A stretch of 64,000 bases of DNA from Fibrobacteria bacterium (GTDB lineage: Bacteria; Fibrobacterota; Fibrobacteria; UBA11236), in NCBI GenBank assembly GCA_041746255.1, contig JBGTHM010000023.1:15640-79639 (forward strand), in the 5' to 3' direction. Positions within the stretch are counted from its first letter, which is position 1, and each line of letters begins with the position of its first letter. Under the pieces are notes generated by a model. That model was given only the letters and a program-made list of their open reading frames with translations, had not been told where the DNA came from and ran no database searches. Shown here piece by piece: positions 40,278-50,020 of the stretch. The position numbers and the translations under genes were made by a program.

Positions 40278-41440
40278 TGCTAAAAAGGGCCATATCGGAA
40301 AAATGCCTGGCTCTTGCCGCCCAATTTCCCGTTCTGACGCTGACAGGGCCGCGTCAGTCGGGTAAGACCACACTGGCTAAGGCACTGTTTCCCTCCAAGC
40401 CGTACGCCAACCTAGAGGACCCTGATACTCGAGACTTTGCTCTGGAAGACCCAAAGGGCTTTCTGGCGCAATTTCCCGATGGGGCCATCATCGATGAAAT
40501 CCAGCGGGCTCCAGATATTCCCTCTTATTTGCAAGGCTTGGTGGACAAAGATTCCCGGGCCGGGCGATTCTTGATTACCGGCAGCCAGCAATTCGAGGTA
40601 ATCAATACCATAAACCAATCGCTGGCGGGAAGAACCGGAGTTCTCAAGCTTCTCCCGCTCTCTTTGGCCGAACTTCGGAAAGCCGGAGAATTGCCGGAAA
40701 TCAATCAGTTGCTGCTGCAAGGGTTTTACCCGCGCCTGCACCGGGATGGAATCGATCCACCGGATTTCTACGCAAGTTATTTCGAAACCTATGTGCAGCG
40801 AGATTTGCGACAGCTCACGCAAATTGCGAATCTTCACGCCTTTGAAAAGTTCACCCGTCTGCTCGCCGGACGAATTGGTCAGTTACTCAATCTATCTTCC
40901 TTGGCGAGCGATGTCGGCATAGCCCATGGGACAGCGACACATTGGCTTTCCATTCTCGAAGCCAGTTATATCGTTTTCCTGCTGCCGCCACTCCACGCCA
41001 ACCTGGGTAAGCGACTGATCAAAAGTCCCAAAGCCTATTTCTATGATACGGGACTGGCCGCCTACCTCATGGGAATGGAATCGGAAGCGCAGATGAACAC
41101 CCATCCCCTGAAAGGTTCATTGTTCGAAAATATGATTGTCCTGGATTTTCTGAAGGAGAGATTTAATCGCGGTCGGCGCTCCAATCTGTTCTTCTATCGC
41201 GACAGTCATGGAAATGAAGTCGATCTAATTCTCCAAGGCCCTCCGGAACCGATGCCAGTGGAAATCAAGCTTGGCGAAACGCCTCATGGAGAATTTCTGA
41301 AGGGCATTCGACAGTTCCGGGATGCGCTGGACAAACCCGACCTCCCTGGCAAAGTGGTTTACGGCGGCAATTCGCGCATCGCAAGGGAGCAAGTGGATTA
41401 TATCCCTTGGAAGGACTTGCCGGTTTTGCTTTCGGAATAA
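40277..41440 (+). CDS. AAA_14 ATPase with DUF4143 / PD-(D/E)xK-like C-terminus
   Basis: GPRQSGKT, IIDEIQ, TGS, SLAGR, KSPKAYFYDTG, EVDLI...VEIK. Confidence 0.92.
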   Translation: MLKRAISEKCLALAAQFPVLTLTGPRQSGKTTLAKALFPSKPYANLEDPDTRDFALEDPKGFLAQFPDGAIIDEIQRAPDIPSYLQGLVDKDSRAGRFLITGSQQFEVINTINQSLAGRTGVLKLLPLSLAELRKAGELPEINQLLLQGFYPRLHRDGIDPPDFYASYFETYVQRDLRQLTQIANLHAFEKFTRLLAGRIGQLLNLSSLASDVGIAHGTATHWLSILEASYIVFLLPPLHANLGKRLIKSPKAYFYDTGLAAYLMGMESEAQMNTHPLKGSLFENMIVLDFLKERFNRGRRSNLFFYRDSHGNEVDLILQGPPEPMPVEIKLGETPHGEFLKGIRQFRDALDKPDLPGKVVYGGNSRIAREQVDYIPWKDLPVLLSE

Positions 41441-41482
41441 GGAGAATCCAGTCGAATTACCCCTTAATTCCCCCGGTTTATT

Positions 41483-43438
41483 CTAATTGGGAATGATATC
41501 GATTATCACCGAGCGGTTATAAAAGCGTTCCTCGGGAAAATTATTGTCGAAGGGGGCGTACGCGGTATTTTCGCCGAACCCGAAGGTTTCGAAAGTGATC
41601 CCTTGTTTTCCGGTTTTTGCCAGCCCATTTTCAATGATACCCCGAGTATCCCGCACCCTTTCTTCGGACAGGTTACGATTGAATTCCTCTTCGCCGATGA
41701 TATCGGTATAACCGTGGATAACCACGATGCTATTATCGGAAATAAGAGGAATGACCGATTCGGTCAGGAAGGTTGCATAGCTGTCTTTGGACTGTGATTT
41801 TCCGAAATCAAACAAAACACTGAAACGAATCGCCTCCTTAACGGCATCGACTCTCCGCACCAGACGTACTGAACGTTCCTTTTTCACGACCTTTCCATTC
41901 TGGTCTCGGGCTACCATGACCACCTTATAGTCGCCCTCATTGCGGTTGCCAAGGATGGTATTCCCCGAAATGCTCTCACGGCTGCGGGTATACGGACCGA
42001 AGTGTTGGATAGCACCCGCTTCGTCGGTGATTTCCAAAGACCAGGATGTCAAAATATCGTTATCATCCGTCACCTTGAACAAGACATGGCTATCGAGGGG
42101 ATCCTCAACATCCGCGATGATTTGCACGGGCTTCAGTCCATAATGGCTTTCTCCTCCGACCTGAACCATCATTTCCGAAGAGTTGCTTTCGATTTCGACC
42201 CGGTTGTTGCCGGCTTGCAGAAGCTCGAGATCCTTGGTGCCGCCGGGCATTCCCGAGGGAATCAGGGGCTTATCGCGTCCTTGGGTATTGATTCTCGATG
42301 CTTCGATTCCGAATACATCTACCAGGTATTTCTTAACTGTTTCCGCCCTTGCCTTGCCGTGTTCAGCGCCATTCTCCGAAGTTCCGCTCAAGGATATGGA
42401 GGTCGCGGGGTTTCTCTTCATGCGATCGCCAACGGTATTGAGGATATTGTAATACACGGTCATTTGCCGAAGCGAACGGCCGGTATTGTTTTTAGGCGTT
42501 ACTTCCTGCAATTGTTCTTCCTCGAAGCTATCAGCCTCCGCTTTGGAAAGCATCACGTATCGATTGGAAATATCATTCGAGCCTTCGTCGAAGAACACAT
42601 AATTTCGGAGTGGGAAGGTTTCCCTTACCCGGCGTTTGACGACAACGGCCTTGGGAGCCCTGACCGAGAACTGGACTCCGGATTCCGTAACTTCGGTTTC
42701 TTCACGAGGAATGACTTTTCCGGTTCCGAACTTGAGCGTCGCGCCCATACGCAAAGTCGAAACCGCCCAGGATTCGATCGAACGAGGTTGCTGACCCCAG
42801 TAGGGCTGGTAGGAGATGAAGGGCGAAAGATCCACTTGAATCTTGTTATTCGGAGCCGCGAGAGGGATATCGTATCCCATTCCAAGCTGTCCCGAGAATA
42901 CCACTCCTCGCATATCGGTGAACTCACCATTGACATCGGATTGATATTCCTGGGTATATTCGAAACTTTTCTCACGGTCCCTCGAGGTCTTGGGAATATT
43001 AGGCGACCACTTGAAGCCGATTCGGGGACCGGCGAACATATAGAAGCGGCCCGCGAAAGGAGCCACCCGCAAGCTGGGCTCCAGAGTGAAATAACTGAGA
43101 GTGGTCGACAAGGTCGCCACCTCGCCGCAAGGGCAGATAACATCGTCGAACCTTCCGCCGCGACCGTCATAACCCGATTCGACCATTACGCCCCAAATCG
43201 AATCGTGACGGTACTCCAGATGCGGAGCCAAATAAAGACCGGCTCCGAATCCCTTGTGAAAGGGAACCGGTGTCGTCAAACTCGGGTTCAGCTGCTGAAG
43301 CGTACCGCTATAATAATTGAGATTGGCTGCTGCCGACGCGCCGAACCACCAGGTCGGCTGTGCCCTTTCGACCTCTTCGGCGCTGGGTGCGGCTTGGAAA
43401 CCGAACAAGATTAATGCTGTGGCAATGACTCGATACAT
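41483..43438 (-). CDS. OmpA-family outer-membrane protein (beta-barrel plus two OmpA-like domains)
   Basis: N-terminal barrel strands; LFDFGKS, IHGYTDIIG...NLSEER...NRSV. Confidence 0.88.
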   Translation of the reverse strand: MYRVIATALILFGFQAAPSAEEVERAQPTWWFGASAAANLNYYSGTLQQLNPSLTTPVPFHKGFGAGLYLAPHLEYRHDSIWGVMVESGYDGRGGRFDDVICPCGEVATLSTTLSYFTLEPSLRVAPFAGRFYMFAGPRIGFKWSPNIPKTSRDREKSFEYTQEYQSDVNGEFTDMRGVVFSGQLGMGYDIPLAAPNNKIQVDLSPFISYQPYWGQQPRSIESWAVSTLRMGATLKFGTGKVIPREETEVTESGVQFSVRAPKAVVVKRRVRETFPLRNYVFFDEGSNDISNRYVMLSKAEADSFEEEQLQEVTPKNNTGRSLRQMTVYYNILNTVGDRMKRNPATSISLSGTSENGAEHGKARAETVKKYLVDVFGIEASRINTQGRDKPLIPSGMPGGTKDLELLQAGNNRVEIESNSSEMMVQVGGESHYGLKPVQIIADVEDPLDSHVLFKVTDDNDILTSWSLEITDEAGAIQHFGPYTRSRESISGNTILGNRNEGDYKVVMVARDQNGKVVKKERSVRLVRRVDAVKEAIRFSVLFDFGKSQSKDSYATFLTESVIPLISDNSIVVIHGYTDIIGEEEFNRNLSEERVRDTRGIIENGLAKTGKQGITFETFGFGENTAYAPFDNNFPEERFYNRSVIIDIIPN

Positions 43439-43512
43439 GCGTATCCCCTTATTGGACTTATGCGAGGTAAAAGTGTTTTTCATAAAATTGCTTCCGATAT
43501 TCATAGGGCGCC

Positions 43513-46224
43513 TCAAGGTGTAGGCACGTTGATAATGGTGTTAACCAAGGTCACCGAAGCGGTCAGACTCATAGCCCGACCATCAAGTGTGGTTATCGCG
43601 TTGTTGCCGACCGTGGAAAAGGACACACCCGAATGAGCGATAATGGTTCCCACCATGTTGCCGCCACCGGCTCCGTTGATGGTTGCCGATCCGCTGCCGC
43701 CGGTACCGACCACCCAGAAGACGTTTTTCGCCTGGGCGCCATTGATGAGGTTTACGCTCCGGGCTCCCAATGGACCCTCCGCGCCGACGGTGAGAGAGCT
43801 CGGTATTTGAAAGACGAAACGAGCATTGGGGTTGCCTTTGGCGTCGAGAGTGAGATCGACCAAGGTGATTTTAAAGGTGCCTCCGGCAGCGGTGTAGGTG
43901 CCGGGTTCAAGGGTGAGTCCGCCCAATTCGCCCGCCAGCGGGTCCGGTCCGGGAGGGAGGCCTTTAAGAAAGTTGAAGGCCGTAGTGGCATCGGCGAGAG
44001 CGTCGGTCGCAACCTTGCCCGGAACCGATCCGGCGGGAGCAGTACCCGTATAGATGGTGTCGCGCACTTCACCGATATTCAAGGGCGTTTCGGTGAAAAC
44101 ATTGTTAGGTGGTAGCGTTGCATCGTGGAATCCGGTTATCAAAGTGGACGATCCCGTAGTTCCAATGCTTCCATTTACTTTGGTCAATATACCCTGGTTG
44201 GTGATACCGGCGCCGCTGCCGATGGTTCCGAAGCGCTCTGCCGTTCTTAGGTTCACCGTACTGAAAACCGAGGCGTCGACCGTAAAGCTCCAGGTGGAGG
44301 AAAAGGCGCTCGTGCCTGCGCTATTCTTCGCCCGGACGCGCCAGAAATAGGTCTCCCCTTCGGTCAAGCCGGTCAGCTGGGTTGATTCCCCCGTTATGGT
44401 CGAATCGTTGTGGATCAAGGTGGAAAACGCATCGCTAACAGCAACCTGCAGGTGATAAGTATCCGCTCCAGTCGCTTCGTTCCAGCTTAAATCAGGGTTC
44501 TTCGCGACATCGTCCGCCGAATCGGCTGGGGCATCAAGAATGGGGGCCTGAGGGGCGACCACAGCCGCCACGGTGAATTGCCGAACGACCGAATAGGCGC
44601 TTGTGCCGCCGATATATTTCGCGTTTACGCGCCAGAAGTAGGTCTTTCCGACGACTAGGCCGGTCAGGGATTGATTGGTTGCGGTGAGGGTGGAATCTTC
44701 GAATACCCGGTCGGCAAACGCGGCTGTCGTATCGACTTGAAGGCGATAAGTGGCTGCTCCGACGACGGCGTTCCAATCAAGGGTGGGAGTAACCGAGATA
44801 TTACCTGCGGAATCGGCAGGGGAAACCAGAACGGGCGCCTTTAGGACGGCAAGCGACAAGACCGTAAAGCGCCTGGTCGGCGAGTAGCTGCTCGTGCCGC
44901 CGATGTTCTTCGCATTGACGCGCCAGTAATAGGTGGTTCCGACATTCAATCCGGGAACCTCTCTGGAAGTGGTCGTCAGGGTTGAGTCGTCGAAAACGGT
45001 ACTCGCGAAAACCGAGCTGGTATCGACCTGTAAGCGATAGGTAGCCGCTCTATCCGAGGCGTTCCAATCGAGTTCGGAAATGCTTGTGACATTTATTGCG
45101 GCATCGGCGGGGGTCTCCAAAGTCGGAGACGGCGGGCTGGCGATGACGGTCGTGAAGGTTCGCGTGGAATAAGAGCTGGAACCGGCGGCATTCGAAGCAT
45201 TCACTCGCCAATAGTAGGTGGTACCGGAGGAGAGTCCGATTATCGTCCGCGACGTGCCGACGGCGGCGGAATCATAAAATAGGATGCCGGAAAAATTGGA
45301 GTTCGTGCTGATTTGGAGTCGGTAAGTTTCCGCACTTGCCGAAGCGAGCCAGCTCATGTTCAAGGTTGTCGGCTGATTGGCGGAACCGGCCAGTGGCGCA
45401 ACGAGACTAGGGGATGCGGGTGTGTTGATTACGGTAAAACGCCATACGTCCGAGTAGGCGCCGGAAGTCCCCGAGTTTTTCGAATTTACGCGCCAGTAAT
45501 AGGAGGTTCCGGCCGTCAAGCCGCTGAGCTGGTGCGAAGTGTTGGTAAGCGTCGAATCGTCAAATACCGTGCTGACAAAGCCGGGGCTTTGGGAAACCTG
45601 CAGGCGGTATGTGTCGGCGCCCGGAACGGAATTCCAGACCAAAGTAGGATTGAAGGCCAGGCCGGTGGCCCCTTGGGCAGGAGATACGAGGGTGGGCGTT
45701 TCGGGCGCGATGGTCGTGAAGGTCCATACATAGTCGGCCTCGAGGGGAGTACCTACGTGGTCCCGGACGCCGGTGGTAATTTTTCCGGTATAGGTGCGAT
45801 CGGAGGCCAGGCCTCCTTCCACCATGAAAAATGCGGTAGTATCGGAATACGATACGATGCCAGGTATAGTGTCGTTGCCCTGTAGCAGGATGAAGGTGCG
45901 GGAATTAATTGACGACGGCCTCATGGGAGTGCTGAAGGTTGCCGAGATAACCTTTACCGATGTCATGCCGGCCGCCATGGCCGCGGCGGTTTTGCTTAAA
46001 GGCTCATTCGCTCCGCCATCGGAAGGGGATGTGCTGATTACGGTAGGCGGAATGCAGACAGTGACGATGCCGACGTCCTCTCGCGCACAACCGATAAGCA
46101 GGGGCAGGGAAAAGAGGGTTGCCGTGATTACCGCTTTCAGGGATCGAGGGATCGGGAGCGGATTCAGGTGGATTTTGGGAAATCGCGTCGTTACTAGCGC
46201 CGATTCATTTTGAAAATTCTGCAT
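43513..46224 (-). CDS. ice-binding-family (DUF3494) lipoprotein with Big_5 domain and five FN3-like repeats
   Basis: LLIG|C lipobox; ATFSTPM (Big_5); five Y(Y/F)WRV repeats; C-terminal TLEPGTY...LTLDAKGNPNARFVFQI...GAQAKNVFWVVG...LDGRA. Confidence 0.9.
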   Translation of the reverse strand: MQNFQNESALVTTRFPKIHLNPLPIPRSLKAVITATLFSLPLLIGCAREDVGIVTVCIPPTVISTSPSDGGANEPLSKTAAAMAAGMTSVKVISATFSTPMRPSSINSRTFILLQGNDTIPGIVSYSDTTAFFMVEGGLASDRTYTGKITTGVRDHVGTPLEADYVWTFTTIAPETPTLVSPAQGATGLAFNPTLVWNSVPGADTYRLQVSQSPGFVSTVFDDSTLTNTSHQLSGLTAGTSYYWRVNSKNSGTSGAYSDVWRFTVINTPASPSLVAPLAGSANQPTTLNMSWLASASAETYRLQISTNSNFSGILFYDSAAVGTSRTIIGLSSGTTYYWRVNASNAAGSSSYSTRTFTTVIASPPSPTLETPADAAINVTSISELDWNASDRAATYRLQVDTSSVFASTVFDDSTLTTTSREVPGLNVGTTYYWRVNAKNIGGTSSYSPTRRFTVLSLAVLKAPVLVSPADSAGNISVTPTLDWNAVVGAATYRLQVDTTAAFADRVFEDSTLTATNQSLTGLVVGKTYFWRVNAKYIGGTSAYSVVRQFTVAAVVAPQAPILDAPADSADDVAKNPDLSWNEATGADTYHLQVAVSDAFSTLIHNDSTITGESTQLTGLTEGETYFWRVRAKNSAGTSAFSSTWSFTVDASVFSTVNLRTAERFGTIGSGAGITNQGILTKVNGSIGTTGSSTLITGFHDATLPPNNVFTETPLNIGEVRDTIYTGTAPAGSVPGKVATDALADATTAFNFLKGLPPGPDPLAGELGGLTLEPGTYTAAGGTFKITLVDLTLDAKGNPNARFVFQIPSSLTVGAEGPLGARSVNLINGAQAKNVFWVVGTGGSGSATINGAGGGNMVGTIIAHSGVSFSTVGNNAITTLDGRAMSLTASVTLVNTIINVPTP

Positions 46225-46363
46225 AGGGCCTTCCGGTTGAGTGCGAGAAGAGTACCTTCAACCGCGGCCTGGACGTATCGTGCTTTGGATTGATTTAAGG
46301 ATTAATCCCTTAGCCGGAAGGTGACATGCCTCCAGTAAACCGCTAGGGTTCGAAGGTCAGGTA

Positions 46364-47218
46364 TCAATCGACCGACCCCAGTTTACGCTTCGCTTGATGG
46401 TACTGCCGGTCGATAATCCATCTGAGCAGCCAGGGGAAAAACCGGCTGATTCTCCAAAGCATTCCCGCCTCTCCCGGCATGATGGCTAGCCGCTTTTTCA
46501 AAATACCCTCTACGAAGATTTCGGCGACCTTATTGGCTTTTAATGGCTTCATGCTTTCCGCCATCAGCGTGCATTCTTTTGGCTTAGTCCTATTCTCAGT
46601 CTCATAGCCCGGTGTTTCGGTGTCCGGGGGGTAAAGGACCGAAAAAGTGACATTGCACGGTTTCAACTCGTGGCGGAGAGCTTCGGTTAACCCTACTATT
46701 GCATATTTGGCCGGCGCATACGCTGCATACCCCATGATTCCGAAGAAGCCCATGATGGAGGAAACATTGGCGATATGCCCTTTTCGCGCAGCTTTGAAAT
46801 GCGGTAATAGGATCAGGGTGGGAACCAATTGTCCGAAGTAATTTGTTTCCATGCTATTCCGGAAATCATTCAGTGTCAGGTTTTGGATGTATTGTGGGTA
46901 GGCGTAACCTACCAGATTTATCAAGAAATCGGGAGTGCCTTTTCTGGCTATGAATTCGTTCAAAGCCGGCTTCATCCGATCCATATCGGTAGCGTCACAT
47001 TTTATTAACTCCACAAATTGGGTGTCCCAACGCAGTAGCCCTCGTATTTCGAAGACGGCCGATTCCAAGGATTCCAAACCTCTTCCGATAACGCAAACGC
47101 TGCCGCCCAGCAAAACGATTTCCTTAGCGGTTTCTCTACCAATACCTTTGGACCCTCCGCAAACGACGGCTACCTTGTTTCTGAAGGGTTGCCTTTTCAC
47201 CAGATTTTGATTTGCCAT
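46364..47218 (-). CDS. SDR oxidoreductase, 3-ketodihydrosphingosine reductase (KDSR)-like
   Basis: GGSKGIG, YAPAK, and YPPDTETPGYETENRTKP resembling the KDSR subgroup signature. Confidence 0.8.
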   Translation of the reverse strand: MANQNLVKRQPFRNKVAVVCGGSKGIGRETAKEIVLLGGSVCVIGRGLESLESAVFEIRGLLRWDTQFVELIKCDATDMDRMKPALNEFIARKGTPDFLINLVGYAYPQYIQNLTLNDFRNSMETNYFGQLVPTLILLPHFKAARKGHIANVSSIMGFFGIMGYAAYAPAKYAIVGLTEALRHELKPCNVTFSVLYPPDTETPGYETENRTKPKECTLMAESMKPLKANKVAEIFVEGILKKRLAIMPGEAGMLWRISRFFPWLLRWIIDRQYHQAKRKLGSVD

Positions 47219-47514
47219 GACTGCCCTTCGAATGAGTTGATAAATGAGTAATAAAGGAAGGGTTGATCCGGTAGGATCAAATCCCGGCTAAACGGAAGGG
47301 ATAGGCCTTGTTGGATGCGGTGCTTTTCAACTGACGCATCGGCAACAACGACGCCCATGGAAAGGATTTTTCACTGATATTCGAAACGGACGGTCAAGCC
47401 GAATACGAAGCACGAAGGGCGGTCGAATCGATTCGGGTCAGAGGGGGCGATTCGATCCGGATGGATACCGCGAATAGGTGAAAATCCCTTCGAATCAAGC
47501 TATATTCAGCATCC

Positions 47515-47985
47515 ATGCCGTCTTCCAAAACGCTATCCAAGCCTGCTCCCAAAATTACCCCCAATCCCCAAAGCTTGCAACTGGGACAAAGGAAAACCCA
47601 GCAGCGCGACGCCATTCACCACATCATCATTTCCGCCGCGGGACCGTTGACGGTCAATCAGATTCACGAAATGTCTCAGCGCGAAATGAAACCCAGAAGC
47701 GTCGGCATCGCCACGGTGTACCGCACACTCAACTTGTTGCTGGAAAAAAAGCTTATCCGGGCGGTGGTGCTACCCAGCGGTGAAACGCGCTATGAGGGCA
47801 GCCACCTGGACGTCCATCACCACCATTTTCAGTGTCGGAAGTGCGGTAATGTTTACGATTTGGACCATTGCCCCGTCCACATACCCGCAAACACCGTCAT
47901 CGCCGGTGGTTTTAAGGTCGAAGGGCATGAATTGACGCTTTATGGCCTGTGCGGCCCCTGCCAGCGCCTAAAGCGCAGTAAATAA
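47515..47985 (+). CDS. Fur-family metalloregulator (Fur/Zur/PerR subtype undetermined)
   Basis: GIATVYRTL, RYE, HHHHFQCRKCG, LYGLCGPC. Confidence 0.93.
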   Translation: MPSSKTLSKPAPKITPNPQSLQLGQRKTQQRDAIHHIIISAAGPLTVNQIHEMSQREMKPRSVGIATVYRTLNLLLEKKLIRAVVLPSGETRYEGSHLDVHHHHFQCRKCGNVYDLDHCPVHIPANTVIAGGFKVEGHELTLYGLCGPCQRLKRSK

Positions 47986-48084
47986 ACTCCGCAAAACCAG
48001 CTTACCGAAATCGCGGTAATTCGAATTTAAATACGTATTCGGTTCGATCGAACGGATTTTTTAGCCGCATTGACGCCGATTTTA

Positions 48085-48147
48085 ATGGACGCCTTTTTGG
48101 ATTGGTTGAACGGCGAGACCAAAACAGACGCAGTATTAAAAGTGGTT
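48085..48147 (+). pseudogene. 63-nt fragment of a Fic/DUF4172 gene
   Basis: 51/63 nt identical to 57898-57960; MDAFLDWLNGETKTDAVLKVV versus MDVFLDWLNGETRTDAVLKAA. Confidence 0.8.
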
Positions 48148-48346
48148 CCTGATGTATCTCCCAGAAAACATTTTCTTTGACAAAGAGGTCTACACCCCGT
48201 AAATACCCCGTACCCAAGCATGTTATTCTTCCGTCCCGGAATTAATTTCTTAAAGAATGTGCTTATAGTCCTACAACCGTGATTTTAACGGGCCTGGTGA
48301 AGGTTATTCTTCACCAAAAATCGGGCCTTATCAAAAAAGAGGCATT

Positions 48347-50020
48347 ATGAATCCAATTTTAGTCGCACTGCTTTTACTCATACCGTATCAAGCCGGAGCA
48401 GCGGCAAAGGTCACCATTGATCCTCAAGATGAGAAGTGGGTTATAAGTAAGTACCTGATCGGAATGCATGCGGTATATACCACCGAACCGGATGCCGTCT
48501 ATGAGGACGACAGTCTCGCCCACTGGGCTAAAAAAGTCGGAGTCGGGGTCTTTCGCTATCCCGGTGGAACAGTTCTGCATCATTGGAACTGGGAAAAACC
48601 AAGTGGTACCTGGTCCTGGACGGGAAGTGCGCCCGAAAAAGACTGGATGAGCCTGGATGAATACCTGCATTTTTGTAAAGTCAGCGGCGCCACTCCGCTA
48701 GTGGGAGTCAATTACAACCATTATTATCAAACCAACGAAGTCGACAGAAGCGCCACGAGCGCCGCGGGGCTGGTCAAATATGTGAAGGATGCTGGATTTC
48801 CCGGGGCGTTCTACTATATCGGAAACGAGCTGGATAGGGTCTTAGGCCCAGCACACAAGGGTTTAGGCGGTATTAAAAATGCCGGACCGGTTTTCGTGAA
48901 ACATTCCAAAGCCATGAAAGCGGTGGACCCCGATATCAAGGTTCTGTATAACTGGAATTTTGAAACGCCCGCATCGCTTAAGGAATGGATGGCTCTGGTT
49001 GGCGACGCTGCCGACGGCGTGGATTTTCATGAAAAATGGCCCGATGAAAGAACCGAAGGCAGCTATGAAATGTGGAAGAAAGAAGTCCCCTTGGTATGGA
49101 ACTACCCACCGGATAAACTGAAAAACATCGGCTTGAATAAGGCGCCTACCTGGCGCGAGAGAATCGAAATGTTAAGGAAAGCGGCGGCGGAAATTGGCCG
49201 GCCCGACATGCTGATGACCAATATCGAGTATGGAATCGGCCCGGACAATACCGGGTTCAATCGATTCACCATGAGCCTCATGTTAATCGACTACCTCCAA
49301 GAACTTTTCATTGCGGGCTATGATATGGGGTCCCATTGGTCCAATACCCGGGCGAAGTTCGATGACGGCATGCTTTTGAACGCGGGAAACAAATGGCGTA
49401 TGAATCCTGTCGGATATGGCTGGGAATTCCTCGGAAGAGCGCAGGGGAAAACCATGATCGGCTTCGAGGCCGACAATAAATTCGTATACGGGTTTGCGGC
49501 CAAGGATTCTTCCGGGGAATACCAGGTATATTTGATGAATAAAACCGAGTCCGTGCAGCCGCTCTCGCTTTCTTTCAAGGGGTCTCCGGCCGACATGGCC
49601 TCCTGGACATCCAGCGCCAAGACCCTGATGGATGGCGATGGCCACTGGGGACTGGTTAACAACCTTGACATAACCTTTAATGCGTCGACTCAATTATTTC
49701 AAGCTACGCTTCCGGCTATGTCCTATAACCAAATACTTTTCAAAAAAGAAAATTCTAGCGCCATAAATGCGTCATCCGGCCTATCACAGAGCCAAGGCGG
49801 CATATTCCTGGTGAGTAAAGCCGGGAAAATCATCATTGAGGCGCCCTCTTCCTCAAAGGTGACCCTTACGACGCTTGCGGGAAAGGTGGTCTTCGAAAAA
49901 TATCTGAAGGAGGCCGGCTCACTGGAAATCGGAAAAGAGAGCGTCGCACGGGGTTTCTACAACGTAAATGTGGTCTCGGGTAGCCAAAGCGTTTCTGAGA
50001 AATCAGTATGGATAAAATAA
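48347..50020 (+). CDS. secreted clan GH-A glycoside hydrolase (GH51/GH79-like), copy 1
   Basis: FRYPGG, YYIGNE, NIEY motifs; T9SS-like tail. Confidence 0.72.
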   Translation: MNPILVALLLLIPYQAGAAAKVTIDPQDEKWVISKYLIGMHAVYTTEPDAVYEDDSLAHWAKKVGVGVFRYPGGTVLHHWNWEKPSGTWSWTGSAPEKDWMSLDEYLHFCKVSGATPLVGVNYNHYYQTNEVDRSATSAAGLVKYVKDAGFPGAFYYIGNELDRVLGPAHKGLGGIKNAGPVFVKHSKAMKAVDPDIKVLYNWNFETPASLKEWMALVGDAADGVDFHEKWPDERTEGSYEMWKKEVPLVWNYPPDKLKNIGLNKAPTWRERIEMLRKAAAEIGRPDMLMTNIEYGIGPDNTGFNRFTMSLMLIDYLQELFIAGYDMGSHWSNTRAKFDDGMLLNAGNKWRMNPVGYGWEFLGRAQGKTMIGFEADNKFVYGFAAKDSSGEYQVYLMNKTESVQPLSLSFKGSPADMASWTSSAKTLMDGDGHWGLVNNLDITFNASTQLFQATLPAMSYNQILFKKENSSAINASSGLSQSQGGIFLVSKAGKIIIEAPSSSKVTLTTLAGKVVFEKYLKEAGSLEIGKESVARGFYNVNVVSGSQSVSEKSVWIK

